Below, one piece after another: positions 1-40,846 of a stretch of 64,000 bases of DNA (position 1 is the stretch's first letter; each line of letters begins with the position of its first letter). The DNA is from Chrysomallon squamiferum. Taxonomy: Eukaryota; Animalia; Mollusca. Location: positions 14,446,001 to 14,510,000 of the forward strand of contig CM022679.1 in the NCBI GenBank assembly GCA_012295275.1, read 5' to 3'. The notes beneath the pieces were generated by a model. That model had not been told where the DNA came from and made no database searches. It was given only the letters and a program-made list of their open reading frames with translations. The position numbers and the translations under genes were made by a program.

Positions 1-523
1 TAATAAATAATAACAAAAGTAGTAGTAGTAGCAGTAGTAGTGGTAGTAGTAATAGTAGTAAAGGTAATAATAATAAAAAATCATGATGACAGAACAATAA
101 TTATGATTACGATGCTGCTGCTGCTGTTGATGATGACAGTAGCAGTAGCAGTAGTAGTGAATCTGTTTACACAATTTCGGCTCTATCCTGTTAAGCTGTG
201 ATTCTAAGTGAAATGTCGACGTCTCTTCCTTCCCGGATTTAAAATTTTTAATCTGAGCTTTACAGCGTGTTTCCTTAACCAGAGGTTGCGTACCCCGGGG
301 TTAGTGAATCACTGACAACCGTACATAGGTGTGTGCGTGTGTGTGTGGCGTGCATATATATATATAAATATATACACATACATATATATATATATATATA
401 CACACACATACACATACATACATCCATACATAACATACATACATAAATACATACATACATACATACATACATACATACATACATACATACATACATACAT
501 ACATACATACATACATACATACA

Positions 524-555
<32 letters not shown>

Positions 556-1522
556 CACACAAAAATACATATAATGTAAAAGTCTACCAAATGCGACTAA
601 TTCACCGGTTACAGAAAATTATAAACATATGGAAATTATATAAAAAATTGTTTTTTTTATTCTTTATTTTTATTTTTATTATTTTTATTTTTTATTATTT
701 TTTTTTTATATATTGCGGCGCCAGCAAAATGCAAAAAATACGCATATATTAATGCATAATAGCGTCCTACTGAAAGATGTAATTGTCAAGTTTTATTTAT
801 GAGAAATAAATATTACATCCATTTAGAACTGTTTTCAGTCATCAATGGCATTATGCACAAAGCAGTGAGGTATGAATCAACTACAGCGTCATCTGTACCA
901 AATTAATTCTACTAACGAAAACCTTGTACGCAAATTTGTATGTGTGTGTGTGTAAATGTGTGTGTATGTCTATTTATATCGATATTTGTATGTATTAGTT
1001 CGTGTCTAAACGCAAGCAGTTTTTAACACTAAGGTTTCATTTATCATGCACACAAGACGCTTGCATATTTAGGTTACCAATCGATCATGGTTATGCAGTA
1101 CATAAAGAACAAGTGCTGGTCTAGTCAGGTGTAAAAATACTGGTTATGTATCGTAATTAGTGTTAAAGACTGAATAACAATAAACGGCAATACTAGGTAG
1201 CCTCAAAAACGTATATAAATAAAATATTGTAAATATTATGATTAACTGAATGGTATGTATAAATGACTTGTGTTTGTGGCAAATATTTATATATGCACAT
1301 TCACATACACCATTATTTTACACAACTGTTTATAGATCGTCAAGACTAAAAAAAAGTGGATCGTAACACAATCAATCAAAATTGCTGATTACTGCACATA
1401 CATTACACCCACACGACGCACGTTGCAGCAGTTACGTTTATTTAAATGCTTCAATATATACTTGACATTTGATTTGAAGTGACACACCTAACAATACTGC
1501 GTTTGTCAACTACATGCTCTGC

Positions 1523-1680
1523 AGTGTGTACTTTGTCAGATGTTTTATTTACGACATCGGCACCGCCCGTCTGTTCCTACGCTGCAGCTTTGTTAGTCAG
1601 TGGTTTCAAGGAAGACAAATGTTGTCTGTACTGTGTGATCTGAGTCACCAGCAGGCTGTAAGTCGATCAAGTGAGCTCTC
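1523..1680 (+). repeat. Dispersed ~158-bp repeat followed by (CT)n, copy 1
   Basis: Near-identical to the reverse complement of 52862-53019. Both copies end in ...GATCAAGTGAGCTCTC next to a CT microsatellite. Confidence 0.85.
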
Positions 1681-1694
1681 GGAAAATTTCTCTC

Positions 1695-1772
<78 letters not shown>

Positions 1773-2060
1773 TTTATATGTTATAGACAAGCACGCGAGC
1801 GCGTACGCACGCACACACACACACACACACATAAAAAACCTCATTAACATAGAAAGCCGTCCTGTACCTTACGACACTAAACAGAAAACAATACATAGAA
1901 CTGATTTACAGTGCGGGGAAACATTCTGGCCTTGACATATAGAAACAACGTCTTTCTAAAAAACCCAAAAAAAAAAAAAAAAAACTAACACAAACATAAA
2001 AACAACAACAACACAATACCAGACAACAAAAGAGTATAGTAGCAAAATATCAGATTTAAA

Positions 2061-2450
2061 TTATAAAAACAGCTGACATATTACTTATAGACAGACAACA
2101 AATACTGTTATAGAAACAGCTGACATAAAACTTATATACAGACAACTAATATAAAATATTGCCATAAAAATATCTAACAGGATACTTATATATACAGACA
2201 ACCAATAAAACAATGTTATAAAAAGAGCTAACATAAAACTTACATACAGACAGTATAACACTTATGAAAAGTTAACAGGATACTTATATACAGACAACTG
2301 ATCTAATATTGTTATAAAAAGAGCTAACAACTATATTAATACTGTAAAACAGAACATTATATACAGACAACTAATATAACAATGTTATAACAACAGCTAA
2401 CAACCATATTAATACTGTAAAACAGACAGCCAGCTGAATTCTTATACAGA
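2061..2450. repeat. Degenerate ~50-bp tandem repeat (~8 copies)
   Basis: Recurring TTATAAAAACAGCTRACA...ACTTATATACAGACAAC. Confidence 0.7.
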
Positions 2451-2971
2451 CAAGTCATTAAGTTGCTGTACTTTTACACAGGAAACTGACATAAAAATTA
2501 AATCAGAGGAAAAATAAACAGCAACAAAACCCAGTATCTTAATTCACCTATACCTCTACGTTTATGACTTAAAGTTAATTTTTCATCCAAAACCACGCCT
2601 CTGTTTTCTTTCCACCTGAAAACACTATTTAATCCTCACAGAGATTTATGTATGTAACACATAACACCGCACGCATACACACGCACACGTATACACACAA
2701 AACAGAAACACACCTGAATATCATACTCCAACGTCCATTAACAACAAAATATATAACTATAAAAAAAAAACCCTTAAAAATGTGCTGCAGAGAATAAAAA
2801 GAGAACTGCATTAGAATGAATTAACACGTAGTGAAAATAACACTGTTTTGCTCCACACGTCTGAAATATGCGAGCTATGCGGTGTGTAGGAAATACAGTT
2901 ATCTGTCATCCTCTAGTGCGCTATTTTAACCAGGGTCAGGTCAGGCGTAGACGATAAAAACAAACACTCAC

Positions 2972-3150
2972 CTATCTCGAAACCACTGGACTGTTACACA
3001 CCACTCTTCTTGCTTCCAGTCCTATTTTTACCACCAGACTTTTAAATTTAAAACAAAAATCACAAGCGCATAATAATAGAAGCTGAGGTTTAAGCTAAAC
3101 CTGCAGCCGAAGCAAGACTGTTCATCATGACTTCTGTTGCGCTGGACAAC
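2972..3150 (-). other. Possible non-coding (5' UTR) exon of a gene lying left of the window
   Basis: A unique block bounded on - by an acceptor-like TTTATAG| and a perfect AG|GTGAGT donor. It holds only a short ORF (MMNSLASAAGLA*). Confidence 0.2.
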
Positions 3151-4082
3151 CTATAAACTGTTGTATTTATGAAAGTGTTTAGTTAGAAAGTGCACATACA
3201 CAAAGCAGACTGAGTACGTACATACATACATATATAATACACATACACACACACACATACGAATATATATTCATACACGTGTTTAATGAGCAGCTTGATT
3301 AATTTTCTACCATCGTTAGTCAGATATTTTTTATTTTCTAATTCTCGTAAACAGGAATACAAATTGCCAACTGGCTGAAACGAAAAATATTCAAATTGGC
3401 CTCTTTAGAAACTAGTACAAGTCAAAAACAAAATCGTTGTACTAGGTTAACGTTTTTTGTATTGTTAGATATTAAACGCATTATAATTCCATTAAAAAAA
3501 AATTACCTTATCAATTCACTATATTTTTAAAAGTGAAGCAATAAAAATGAATATTATTATTATCTACAGTTGGTCTGCTGTCATATCTAAATTATAATTA
3601 ATAGAATTCATGTGATCTCAGTATGTAGATTTTGTATTACGAAACAAAATTAACAAGAAAACGAATTAAAAAAAGAATGAAAAAAAATATATAAAAGACA
3701 AATAAATGCTGTTGACCCTTGATTTAACGGACTAATTTTGTACAGATAATATTATATATATAATAAATAAATAATAATATAAGATTCAGACATAAAAACA
3801 GTGTCATACAGTATATGCAAAGAAAAATGTACAGTAGAAGAATGTGGGCTTGTTTGGGTTGACGTTGGTTAGGATGGTTATGGGTGCAGTTAGTAAGATG
3901 CATCCTTGCTTTGATGAAAGTGGTTTGACAGGGGACTGCTGTGAACGTCTAGCGGAACTCAGAATAACGTAACAAGATGCAAGCTATCGATCGGTTCAGA
4001 TTTTGTGATTATTAAAACATATTGTCGTGATTTCCCGAAATTCGGAAAACCGAGGTCCGTAAAATCGAGTGTCAAAAGTGAA

Positions 4083-4145
<63 letters not shown>

Positions 4146-4426
4146 TATATATAAATAAATGAAAGTAAATAAAGAGAAAATTTAAAATATCAGCAAATAG
4201 GAGCTGAAACAAAATAATGTGCTGTAATAGACAACACGTGTACACAACACTGTTATTAGTTTTCTGTGTTAATGGGGCTCGGGTAATGAACAAACTGCAG
4301 AGAACGTAAACTTTGGCATTATTAGCTCAGAACTAGTTGTGTTAAGTGTATTTGTGTGCCCCTGTGTGTGTGTGTGTGTGTTATTTGTGTTCCTGTGTGT
4401 GTGTGTGTATTTGAGTACCTGAGTGA

Positions 4427-4525
<99 letters not shown>

Positions 4526-5390
4526 TGTGTGGATTTTTTAAACTAAAACGATGATAAAATGTATATGCTAACTGAACTGAATTCACACTCACTGATCTCT
4601 GTCGCCTAACACATGTATCTGACAGTGGGACGTGTAATAACTTCACTTAACATCACCATCTCGTAGACTCTGCGATCAACTGCTGTCTTGCCGTTTTATT
4701 TATTTTCTTTTTGAGGTTATTACAACACATAACAGCTAGTCAGAATATTGTCTAATTCAGCAGCCAAGTCACCCAACGTCCTACGTATCTGTCCACCCAT
4801 CTATCAACCTATCTGCCTACCTTTACAAAACAGAACAATCAACTCATTACCTTCCCATCTACCTGCCTTCCCAACTATCTACCTGCCTATCCAGTGATCC
4901 AGTTCATCCACTCCAACTGACCAGATGCCTACCACTTTACCACCTCTCTCCCTCTCTCTCTCTCTCTGTGTGTCTGTTTCTATCTATGTATATATTTATC
5001 TGTCTGTATGTTTGTCTGTCTACCTATCTCACCACTAACCAAATAAGTAAGTAATTTACTAAACACCCAAGAAAGCAACAAGTCAACCAAGAAACCTCGT
5101 TACCTAGTTATGTAACTAGCTAACCAAAAAAAACCCACAAACAACAACAACAAAATAAAACCCTCAAAACTAACAAACTAGCAAATTAAATAAATAAAAA
5201 TAAATTCAAAATTGTGTTTAACGTTATTTTCAAAAACATTTTTCGACTTTTATTTGTAGTACTATTATTAAATCTACTAATTATAATTTATTTATTTATA
5301 CTCAAAATTTGTTCAACAGACAAATATTACCTGTGTTATTTGTTGGTGTAATAATAATAAAAAAAAATAATATACTAATACTAATAGTAA

Positions 5391-5464
<74 letters not shown>

Positions 5465-5753
5465 TACTAATACTAATAGTAATAGTAGTAATAATAATAA
5501 TAGTAACAACAACAACGACAGCAGTGAACAAGAATAAGAACAGCAACAACTGTTACAACAACAACAACAACAACAACAACAACGCTTGTTGCGAGTAGTG
5601 AATATACGGACGTTCTGGATGTGATAACTAAGGCTGAAAGAGTTATCTCGCTTTGTTACAGTATTTCTGAACATGAAACTGAAGCATTTGTAACTTTGAG
5701 TCATACTACAGCTCAGTATAAATGAGTAATGACAAAGTTAATAAGTAACAAAA

Positions 5754-5796
<43 letters not shown>

Positions 5797-6431
5797 CGAC
5801 CAAATAACTGACTAAATAAATAAATAAATAAATAAATAAATTAATGAAAAGGATTCTAACTGAATTTTAAGCGAAATTATCTTTACAGACGCACGCACCA
5901 CAAAAAGAAATAGCACGCACACGCATAGAAATATACATATTTACATATTTACGCACATTACAACACACACACAGCATATAAAGACTATGTAAATAACCTG
6001 TAATCGTATCCTTTTAATTAAAATGACTGTATATCAATTAATCTGCACTTCTTTCTGTCAGTCTGTGCGTGAATGTGTTCGTGCATGCTCATTTCCGAAC
6101 TTCTGTAGCATAACCATAATAATTATTGATATGTAAGAACTTTTTAATTATTATTATTATCATCAATATTTCAGTTCACACGTTTTACTTACTTGATATT
6201 ATTCTTATCTTGGAGTTCTGAACAATGAGGTCATGCTTGTTTTACCACAGTATTCAGTTACTGGTATCTTTCTTTCTTTCTTTTTATTTCATTTCACGAT
6301 CCACAGAACAAAGCTACACGCTTTCTGACACACGGTAAGAAGACATTATTTCTTTAAATATTCCTCACACTTCCAAAATGATTAAATTTGTATGAGTTTA
6401 ACTAATTTTAATGCTAATATTTAGAATTATT

Positions 6432-6468
<37 letters not shown>

Positions 6469-7065
6469 TGATGATGATGATGATGATGACAAATATAGTA
6501 GTAGCGGTAATAGTAGTAATAGTAGTGATAGCAGTCGTCGTAGAAGTAGCAGTAATAATAATAATAATAATAATAATAATCGTTGTTGTTGTGTTTTTGT
6601 TTTATGCTTCAAAAATTTCAGAATCAGTTCTCATTACTGCGGCCAAAGGGCTATTTCCCGTCCCTGCTGGTAAAAACATTGAGATGTATATTTATGTATG
6701 TATGTATGTGTGTGTGTATGTATGTATGTATGTATATATATATATGCCTGTATGTTTGTGTGTGTGTGTGCGTGAATTGTATTTTTTTTAAAAGAGAACG
6801 TTTTTTTTTTTATTTTAGCTATCTTTATTATTAATAAAGACTGATTTCGGTTATCAAATAAAATAATCACTTACGAGTATGTACAAAATATTTAGGCCAT
6901 TCTTTCGTTATTGTCATACTTCAAGTTCACACAGTCCTTAGATTATTTCTTATTAGATGACCTACAAAACCACAGACACTGGAAAACATAAATATACTGA
7001 CCTTCACGTTTATTATTTTTAATAAGGTTTCTATCTAATTATTATTGTTGTTGTTTTATTATTAA

Positions 7066-7132
<67 letters not shown>

Positions 7133-7374
7133 GTTATCGTCATCATCATCATCATTATAATTATTAACATTGTTATAATTATCATCATCAGCATCATCAT
7201 TATTATTATTATTATTGTTGTTGTTTTTGTTTTTTTGTTGTTGTTTTATTATTAACATTATTATTATTATTATTATTATTATTGTTATCATCATCATCAT
7301 TATCATTATCATTATTATTAACATTGTTATCATTACCATCATCAACATCGTCATGATCATGATACTGATCATGA

Positions 7375-7437
<63 letters not shown>

Positions 7438-7460
7438 TTATTATTTATTTATAAGAAATA

Positions 7461-17137
<9,677 letters not shown>

Positions 17138-17412
17138 CGTTAGTCTGAATCACAAAACAAAATCTGTTGTTGTAACATCTACCAGTGCTGTACTATCTTT
17201 AATTGTTGTTGATATTACGTTTAATACATTTCAACACAATCGTTCAGTCTATCAGTTTTGTTACATATCACCTGATAGAGTTTCATGTCATTTATTACGT
17301 CATTATTATGTTTCAGTTATTTTAAATATGCATATAGTCTTTATTCTATATATGTTATATAAAAATATAAATACATTTACATACATACTACATGTGTGTT
17401 GTGTGTGTTGTG

Positions 17413-17444
<32 letters not shown>

Positions 17445-17500
17445 ACAAATACACAAAATTACCCATAAAAGGATAAACGGTCAAAAAAAAAAAAAAAAAA

Positions 17501-17542
<42 letters not shown>

Positions 17543-17893
17543 AATAAATTAAAAAACCCCCAATAAAATAGTAATAAAATAAAATAATAATAAAATAAAA
17601 AAAATTAAAAAAATTAATAATAAAAATAAATATAGCTATAATAATAATAATAAAAAAAAAAATCAATTAACATAAAAAAAGTAAATACAATAACGTTGCA
17701 AAAATAAATAAACAAAAAATAATAAATAACACATTTTTGGGGGAATCTTTTTTGTTGTCGTCTTTCAGTTTTTATTTAGTTTTTTTTTAATTCTTTTTTT
17801 AAATTTTATTATTATTATTATTAAAAAAAAGATCAGAAGAATCATAATAAAGGAAAAAAAAAAAAAAATAATAATAAAAAAAAAAATAATAAT

Positions 17894-17924
<31 letters not shown>

Positions 17925-18390
17925 AAAAAAAAAAAAAAAAAAAAAACGAAAAATATACAAGAAAATAATCAACATGAATTTATTTCCCCAATCAAACAAC
18001 ATAAAAGTCTTTTAACGCTCTTTTAAACCATTATTTTACAAATAAATTTTCGTTATATTGTGCTAACATTTTTCTCTGAATCTGGTATTTAATGGTTAAC
18101 ATTTTCTCACCACAAATATCTGTCCAGGTTATTCAATAAAGGTAAAATACAAATATATATAAAATTAAGTTAGGCTGTTGAAAGGGTACTTGTCTAACAA
18201 TAAAGTACAGTGCATGAATTCTATGAGTTCTTGTATTGCAGTATAATCTTATCTTTATGTTTTGATTACATCTCATTATCTTTAGAACATAGAATTTTAA
18301 TATGATTTTATAGTGAAACACAAACGTAATATGATATTAGTGTCTGCAGTGGTAATGTTGACAAAAAAAAAAAATGTTAGTTGCTATGTG

Positions 18391-33555
<15,165 letters not shown>

Positions 33556-33628
33556 TGTGAAGATTTCTGTTTTTTAAATTTTTCTTTTAAAAGTCTTCAG
33601 AAAGTTTGATTTATTCTGATATTTAATT

Positions 33629-33668
<40 letters not shown>

Positions 33669-34192
33669 CAAAATGTAAAAGATTACCAAATGTTGATTGC
33701 TTTGGCTTTTTAATTCAAAAACAAAAAATAAAAAAAAAAAAAAATTCACTATCCTAGGTTACGAAGAAAAGCACATAGTCCTGCTGTGATAACTCAGCGT
33801 ATTATGCTCATATCTGTCAATACAAAAAATGTTCTTGAATTCCCGTCGAACAACTTGCACCAGTTTTGTCGCTAATGTATCATACGACTTAACAAAGCGA
33901 GCCAGCCCCGGCAGTTTTCAGTCCTTTTTGTGTGTCAGTCGTAAAGAGTCAGTGGCTAAGTAGATCTAGGCGAGATCAGAGGCCCCGTCCTTTCAAACTC
34001 CGCGTCTCTCGCTTCTCTTTTACACACACGCTACACGTAAATACCTATTTGCTTTTTTTTTTTAATATGGCTGTTCAGAAACAGAAACATTTCAAATTGT
34101 GCGTGAACGTAGTCGATCCAAAAAGGAATGACAAAAAATAATTTTAGTATTGTTCAACGATTGTTGTTGACTTTGGCATTTGAGATATCGGG

Positions 34193-34231
<39 letters not shown>

Positions 34232-34539
34232 AAATTAAAAAACAAAATAAAAAATAAACGAATAAAAACAAACAAGTATGAGTATTAGGTACAGTCATAA
34301 GTAAAACTCAGAGGTGAATTCAGAAAGAAGAACTTCTGATGTGCGTCCGCTGTTTTAAAATTCTGGATCCTTCCCTTGTAACACTGTGAATCTAGATACC
34401 AAAGCAAATAAAAGACCTGTTTAGTATTTAGTAACACGTTATATCGTAATCTGACTATTCTAGTGGGTTTTTTTTTACGTATTAATGACATTCTTTTTAC
34501 ACGAGTTACATATTTGTAATATCTTGTATGCTATGTATA

Positions 34540-35211
34540 CTATGTTCCATTATATATTAATTGTCATATGGTTTATTTTTTATTTAATGTCTGTTAGGTC
34601 ACATATTTTTCTGTTATTTAATATATATTATATCGTATGTGTTATACGTTATTTAATGCTATCTCACATATTTATGTTATTTAATGCTATCTCACATATG
34701 TTATATGTTATTTAATGCTCTCACATATGTGTTATACGTTATTTAATGTTATTTGAAATGTGTGTTATAATTATCTTACCTCACAGATGACATAAAACGT
34801 TCTTTATTAAAAACTAGACCCAAAGCCAAAGCCAAAACCCTAAAACAAAAAAAGATATGTATTAAAACACACATGAAAATATACCCCAATAATCACATAA
34901 CAGTTTAGATATACTGTACAGCACATTTTCCAGTCAAGTTGGTCTCTACAGAAAGTATCCAGTATTTAACACAGGCGCACACTCACACACGCAAAGACAG
35001 AACACTAAGCAAGTGACGATAAAACAGTGGCTATTATTTAATTTAATTGTAACAAAGAGAAGTTAACATAGTATACTAAACAATGAAACAGTAAATGATA
35101 CAAATGTCAAAACTGTATCTCTCTCTCTCTCTCTGTCTATCTATCTATCTCTCTATCTATCTATCTACCTACCTACCTACCTACCTATCTACCTACCTAT
35201 ATATCTGTCTG

Positions 35212-35279
<68 letters not shown>

Positions 35280-35307
35280 CCTACCTACCTACCTACCTAC
35301 CTATCTA

Positions 35308-35362
<55 letters not shown>

Positions 35363-36520
35363 GTCTGTCTATCTATCTCTTTCTCTATCTCTCTATCTAC
35401 TTACCTACCTTAAGCCGTGGGCTATTGGATCGCGCCTCTGTAGTCAGATTGAGGGGAAGGTTTGCAGTGTGACCTGTGCAGTAGCGTCAGGTTAGTGACC
35501 GTTCTGCAACCCGACCAAACGCGCTGTACGAAGCTGGGCAGTGCACTGGCCACTCATCACTGTCCCCGGTCAAAGGTCAGATGTCCTGAGAGCTGAAAAA
35601 AACAAAGCAAATAACGTCCCTACAGTTCCCAGCCAAAAGTGTGGATGACGTTGTGCATGTGATATAAAGCATTTGTTAAAATTCAAAATAAACCCGGTTA
35701 CATGGTTATAGTTATTTAATGTCTGTTACGTTACATTGTTATAATTGTTTAATGTCTGTTATGTTACATGTGTTATAATTGTTTAATGTCTGTTATGTTA
35801 CATGTGTTATAATTGTTTAATGTCTACTGTGTTACATATGTTATGTTATTAAAACTCTGTTATGTGATATACATTACGTGTTATTTAATGCATGTTATGT
35901 GTTAGATGTTATTTAATGCCTTTTATGTGATATATGTTACGTATTATTTAATGCTTGTTATGTGATGTTACGTATTATTTAATGCCTGTTATATTATATG
36001 TTCCGTGTTATTTCATGCCTGTTATGTGATATGTTTTACGTGTTTTCTAATGTTTGTTATGTGATATGTGTTATTTAATGCATGTTATGCGATATGTTAC
36101 GTTATTTAATGTATTTTTTGTGTTATATGCTATTCATTATTTAATGTATGTTATGATGTATATGTTATGTATTAATACATTTGTATGTGAGCTGCATACT
36201 ATTTAAAGTGTTCTCTGTTATTTGTGTTATATTTTTTTATTAACATCGGTTAAGCTACATTCCCTATGTATTATTTAACATCTGTTATGCTGTATGTGTT
36301 ATATATATTATTCAATGTCTATTTTGCAACAAATGTTTTATGTGTTTTCAGCGTCTATTCTTTAATATATGTCTTATGAGTTATTTAAATCTGCTATATG
36401 AATGATGTTGCATATATTTTACTTAGCATCTATTATGTTTCATATTTCATCACTTAATAGTGTGTGATATTTACTGTTTAACTACTCTTACATAATCTAT
36501 TATTTAATGTTTGTTTTGTT
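34540..36520. repeat. Two blocks (~34540-34770, ~35700-36520) of a degenerate ~30-bp AT-rich tandem repeat between the SLC5 paralogues
   Basis: Recurring GTTATTTAATGYCTGTTATGTKAYATRTGTTA. Confidence 0.65.
35567..35579 (+). promoter_or_regulatory. DR1 nuclear-receptor element (HNF4/COUP-TF/RXR type) in the divergent SLC5 intergenic region
   Basis: CGGTCA-A-AGGTCA lies in a unique, GC-richer island (~35410-35660), with extra half-sites TGACCT (~35470) and TGACCG (~35496). Confidence 0.4.
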
Positions 36521-36899
36521 ATATACCCGGCTTATAATATTCGGCATTATTAAACAGTTAACTAAAAATAAAAGCAAATGTGATATATTAACAATGACAT
36601 TTTTCCTTTCCTTGTTTATCCATCAGTTTCTTTCGTATATGTTTTTATGTTTCCCGTGACTTCTCTATTGTTTTTTTACCCACGTGTTTCTTCATTACAC
36701 ATTTTTATCTCGTCATAATGTCATAAAAGCGGAAATATCTATAAAAATGTGAACGAATGCGTTCACGAAAGGAATCATTGTAAGGATTATATATATATAA
36801 GTATGTGTGTTTGAAATGTTTAGATGTGTGTCTGTGTATAGATAGATAGATAGATAGAAATAAAGGCTGAGTGAAAGAATGAGATAGGCAGAGAGAGAG

Positions 36900-38051
<1,152 letters not shown>

Positions 38052-39726
38052 ACTTTTTAAAAACTAATACTGATAAACAACTATTCTTTTCTTTTCCAAG
38101 TCATTTACATTTTTTTAGGTGTTTTAACTTAATTCCACTTTTTCTTTTTTCCTTTCATTCTTGCTGACTAATGTATTAATTCTTTATAAAACGCAAACAT
38201 TACAAAACAACAATAACAAAACAAAGTAGATGATGACTGAAGAAAAAACCCTCTAGGTAAATAAATAAATAAATAAGAAAAATAATAATAATGACATAAA
38301 ATATTATTACAAAAGATGGATTAAGAAAAAACATTCTACTCAGGTACAAATGTTTTGTTTCTGTACAAAACAACCTGATTACACATATATCGAGATAAAT
38401 AACACTGGCTTTACAAAGCGACAGTAGTTCCAGTGTTATCGGTTTTGAAAACAGCAGCACATTGAAATGAATCCATTGCATTTGTCGGTTTATTTCCTCA
38501 CCGAACTGTAGATGTGTCCAATGACCTGTCTCAGTCTCGTCCTCGAACTCTTTGATTTACACGCAGGTTTACAAACAGATGGATACGAAGTGTTCAGACA
38601 GTCGTGCAAGTCACTACAGCTGGCAGGATCGCTGGAAATGAAACGGTGAAGGTTCTGTTTGGGTGGCAGATAGCCAAAGACGTTTTTATTTCACTTCATT
38701 CCTTACTTTTATCATTATGTGAATCCAGAATTCGTGTTAAAACGTCGCTTTTAATAGGTTACGAAGAATTCGTTTTCTGATAGTTAGTGAATAAATAACT
38801 CCATCATAGAACAGTTCAGAGATCGTCTGAACGCTCAGAGAACTTGGGTTTGAGAAACCAAATTTATCATCATGACCGTCAGTATCGAAAGCGGCATCAA
38901 GAGTCGACTAAGTGTGTGGGACTACGTCATATTCGCTGCCATCAGAATCGGAATCTTTTACGCCATCAAGGATCGAAATCGCAGAAACGTCCAGGAGTTC
39001 CTGATGGCAGGTCGCAACATGTCTGTGGCGCCGGTGGCGTTGTCGTTGGTGGCCAGCTTCATTAGCGCCATCACGCTGCTGGGCACGCCGCCGGAGATGT
39101 ACAACTACACGACGATGTACTGGTGGATTGGCGCGTCCTACTTCTTCGTGTGCTACGGTGCAGCTAACGTCTACGTACCCGTCTTCTACCAGCTGAAAGT
39201 GACCAGTTTGTACGAAGTAAATTTGTTAAATACTGGAATGGTTCTTTTCATTAAGCGTTATTGTGTTTTAAATTTATCTGAATGTATTTTAAAACTGACG
39301 TTTATGAAATATGTTCTACAATTAAGTTTTGCTGTCGTAATTTCATCATCATCATCATCATCATCATTCTGCAGCCTTGACGGTAGGTGAGTCCTTTTTG
39401 ATTTTCATTGTCTTTCTTCTTTGTATTGTTTTGTCGGGGTTTTTGTTAATCCTTGGTTCTGAATTTTTGATATATAATAAGGTTTTGTGTAAAAGATACA
39501 TGCGAGTTTATTATTTTGAAACCTTTCTGAATTGACCTTCCAAAAAAAAAAAAAAAAAAAAAACAAAAACAGTAAACGATTGTGTGTGAAAAACCACTGC
39601 TTCTGAAAGATAACTGTTGGAACTGGAAAAAACACATAAATGCAGCAAACTGATCTCACGATCTTTATACTCCTACCAGTTCAATCGACCTACAAACAAC
39701 TCATTGTTTTTTTTTTTTTTAAGTTG

Positions 39727-39758
<32 letters not shown>

Positions 39759-40573
39759 CCTACCATAAAATATAATATCACAGAAAGCTGTAAAAGTGTT
39801 TTTCTTTTCTTTTGTTTTGCCTATCAAAATTCTTATATAAGAATTGTTCGAGTGATGACAAGACGTACCAAGTGTTTGATGTAAGTGGCCTTGAAATCAC
39901 TTGACATTTTGCTCCACACGAACAGAAATATGAATACAGCAGTAACCTCGGTGAACCCACTGGAAAGTTTCAGAAATTAACCAGTGGTTGTGGACAACAT
40001 TATATACGATCATATCAGCCTGCCAAGCAATTTTTATAGATAACACGATCAAATAGCCTATCAAATTACCTTCCATAACCTATGAAATAAATTGAGTTAT
40101 TGAGTAAGTTATTGCAAAAAAAGGAAGAAACTAAAGAACTGTATCTATAAAAATATGATATCGTGTACATATGTGTGTGTGTTTGTGCGTGTGTGCGTGT
40201 GTGTTATGTGTGTGTAGAAGATGGGCATATTTATATATATATATAATATAGCAGTCATCTTTTATGATAACAAATATTGTCGTATTACCATCTGCTGCTA
40301 CTATTACTACTAGCACTACAACAACTACTACTACTGCTACTATTGATAATAATGATAATTTAATGATAAAGCTAAACTCCATTATTATTTCAGTATCTGG
40401 AGAGAAGATTTAGAAAAGGTGTTCGAACAATGGCCTCTATGACTTTCTCAGTTCAAATGGTGAGAGTTTATCTTATATACGTACATACATACATACATGC
40501 GTACATACATACAAACATACATACATACATACATACATACATACATACATACATACATACATACATACATACA

Positions 40574-40609
<36 letters not shown>

Positions 40610-40625
40610 TATATACATACATATC

Positions 40626-40846
40626 GTTGTCTTATAGCCGAACGGTAACATCGTCCACCTTCGAAGTGCGGGCGAATGGGTGTCATATGTTCGAGTCTCG
40701 TCAGCGGCTTCTGACGGGTTTGTTAGGTCGTGATTAGACTTTATCCTCCTGCGCCACAGCGTTCCCGAATATTGTCTATGTGCAGAGTCTATTCAGACGT
40801 ACATAAGACAGAGAATATTCAAAATCCTAAAACTACATACATACAT
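40626..40846 (+). mobile_element. Probable tRNA-derived SINE (degenerate)
   Basis: A-box-like TAGCCGAACGG (40635) and B-box-like GTTCGAGTC (40689) at Pol III-type spacing, a GC-richer body, and an (ACAT)n tail. It does not fold into a complete cloverleaf. Confidence 0.45.

Noticed and set aside
17480-17950. Long poly-A-like tracts between the convergent SDR and SLC5 3' ends as retroposition tails
   Set aside because: Irregular A/AAT mixtures with no attached element or TSD; more likely decayed (AAT)n or low-quality consensus, which also cautions against trusting single-base homopolymer frameshifts.
40626-40710. Possible tRNA gene
   Set aside because: A- and B-box-like motifs are present, but there is no consistent cloverleaf or T-run terminator; treated as a SINE head.
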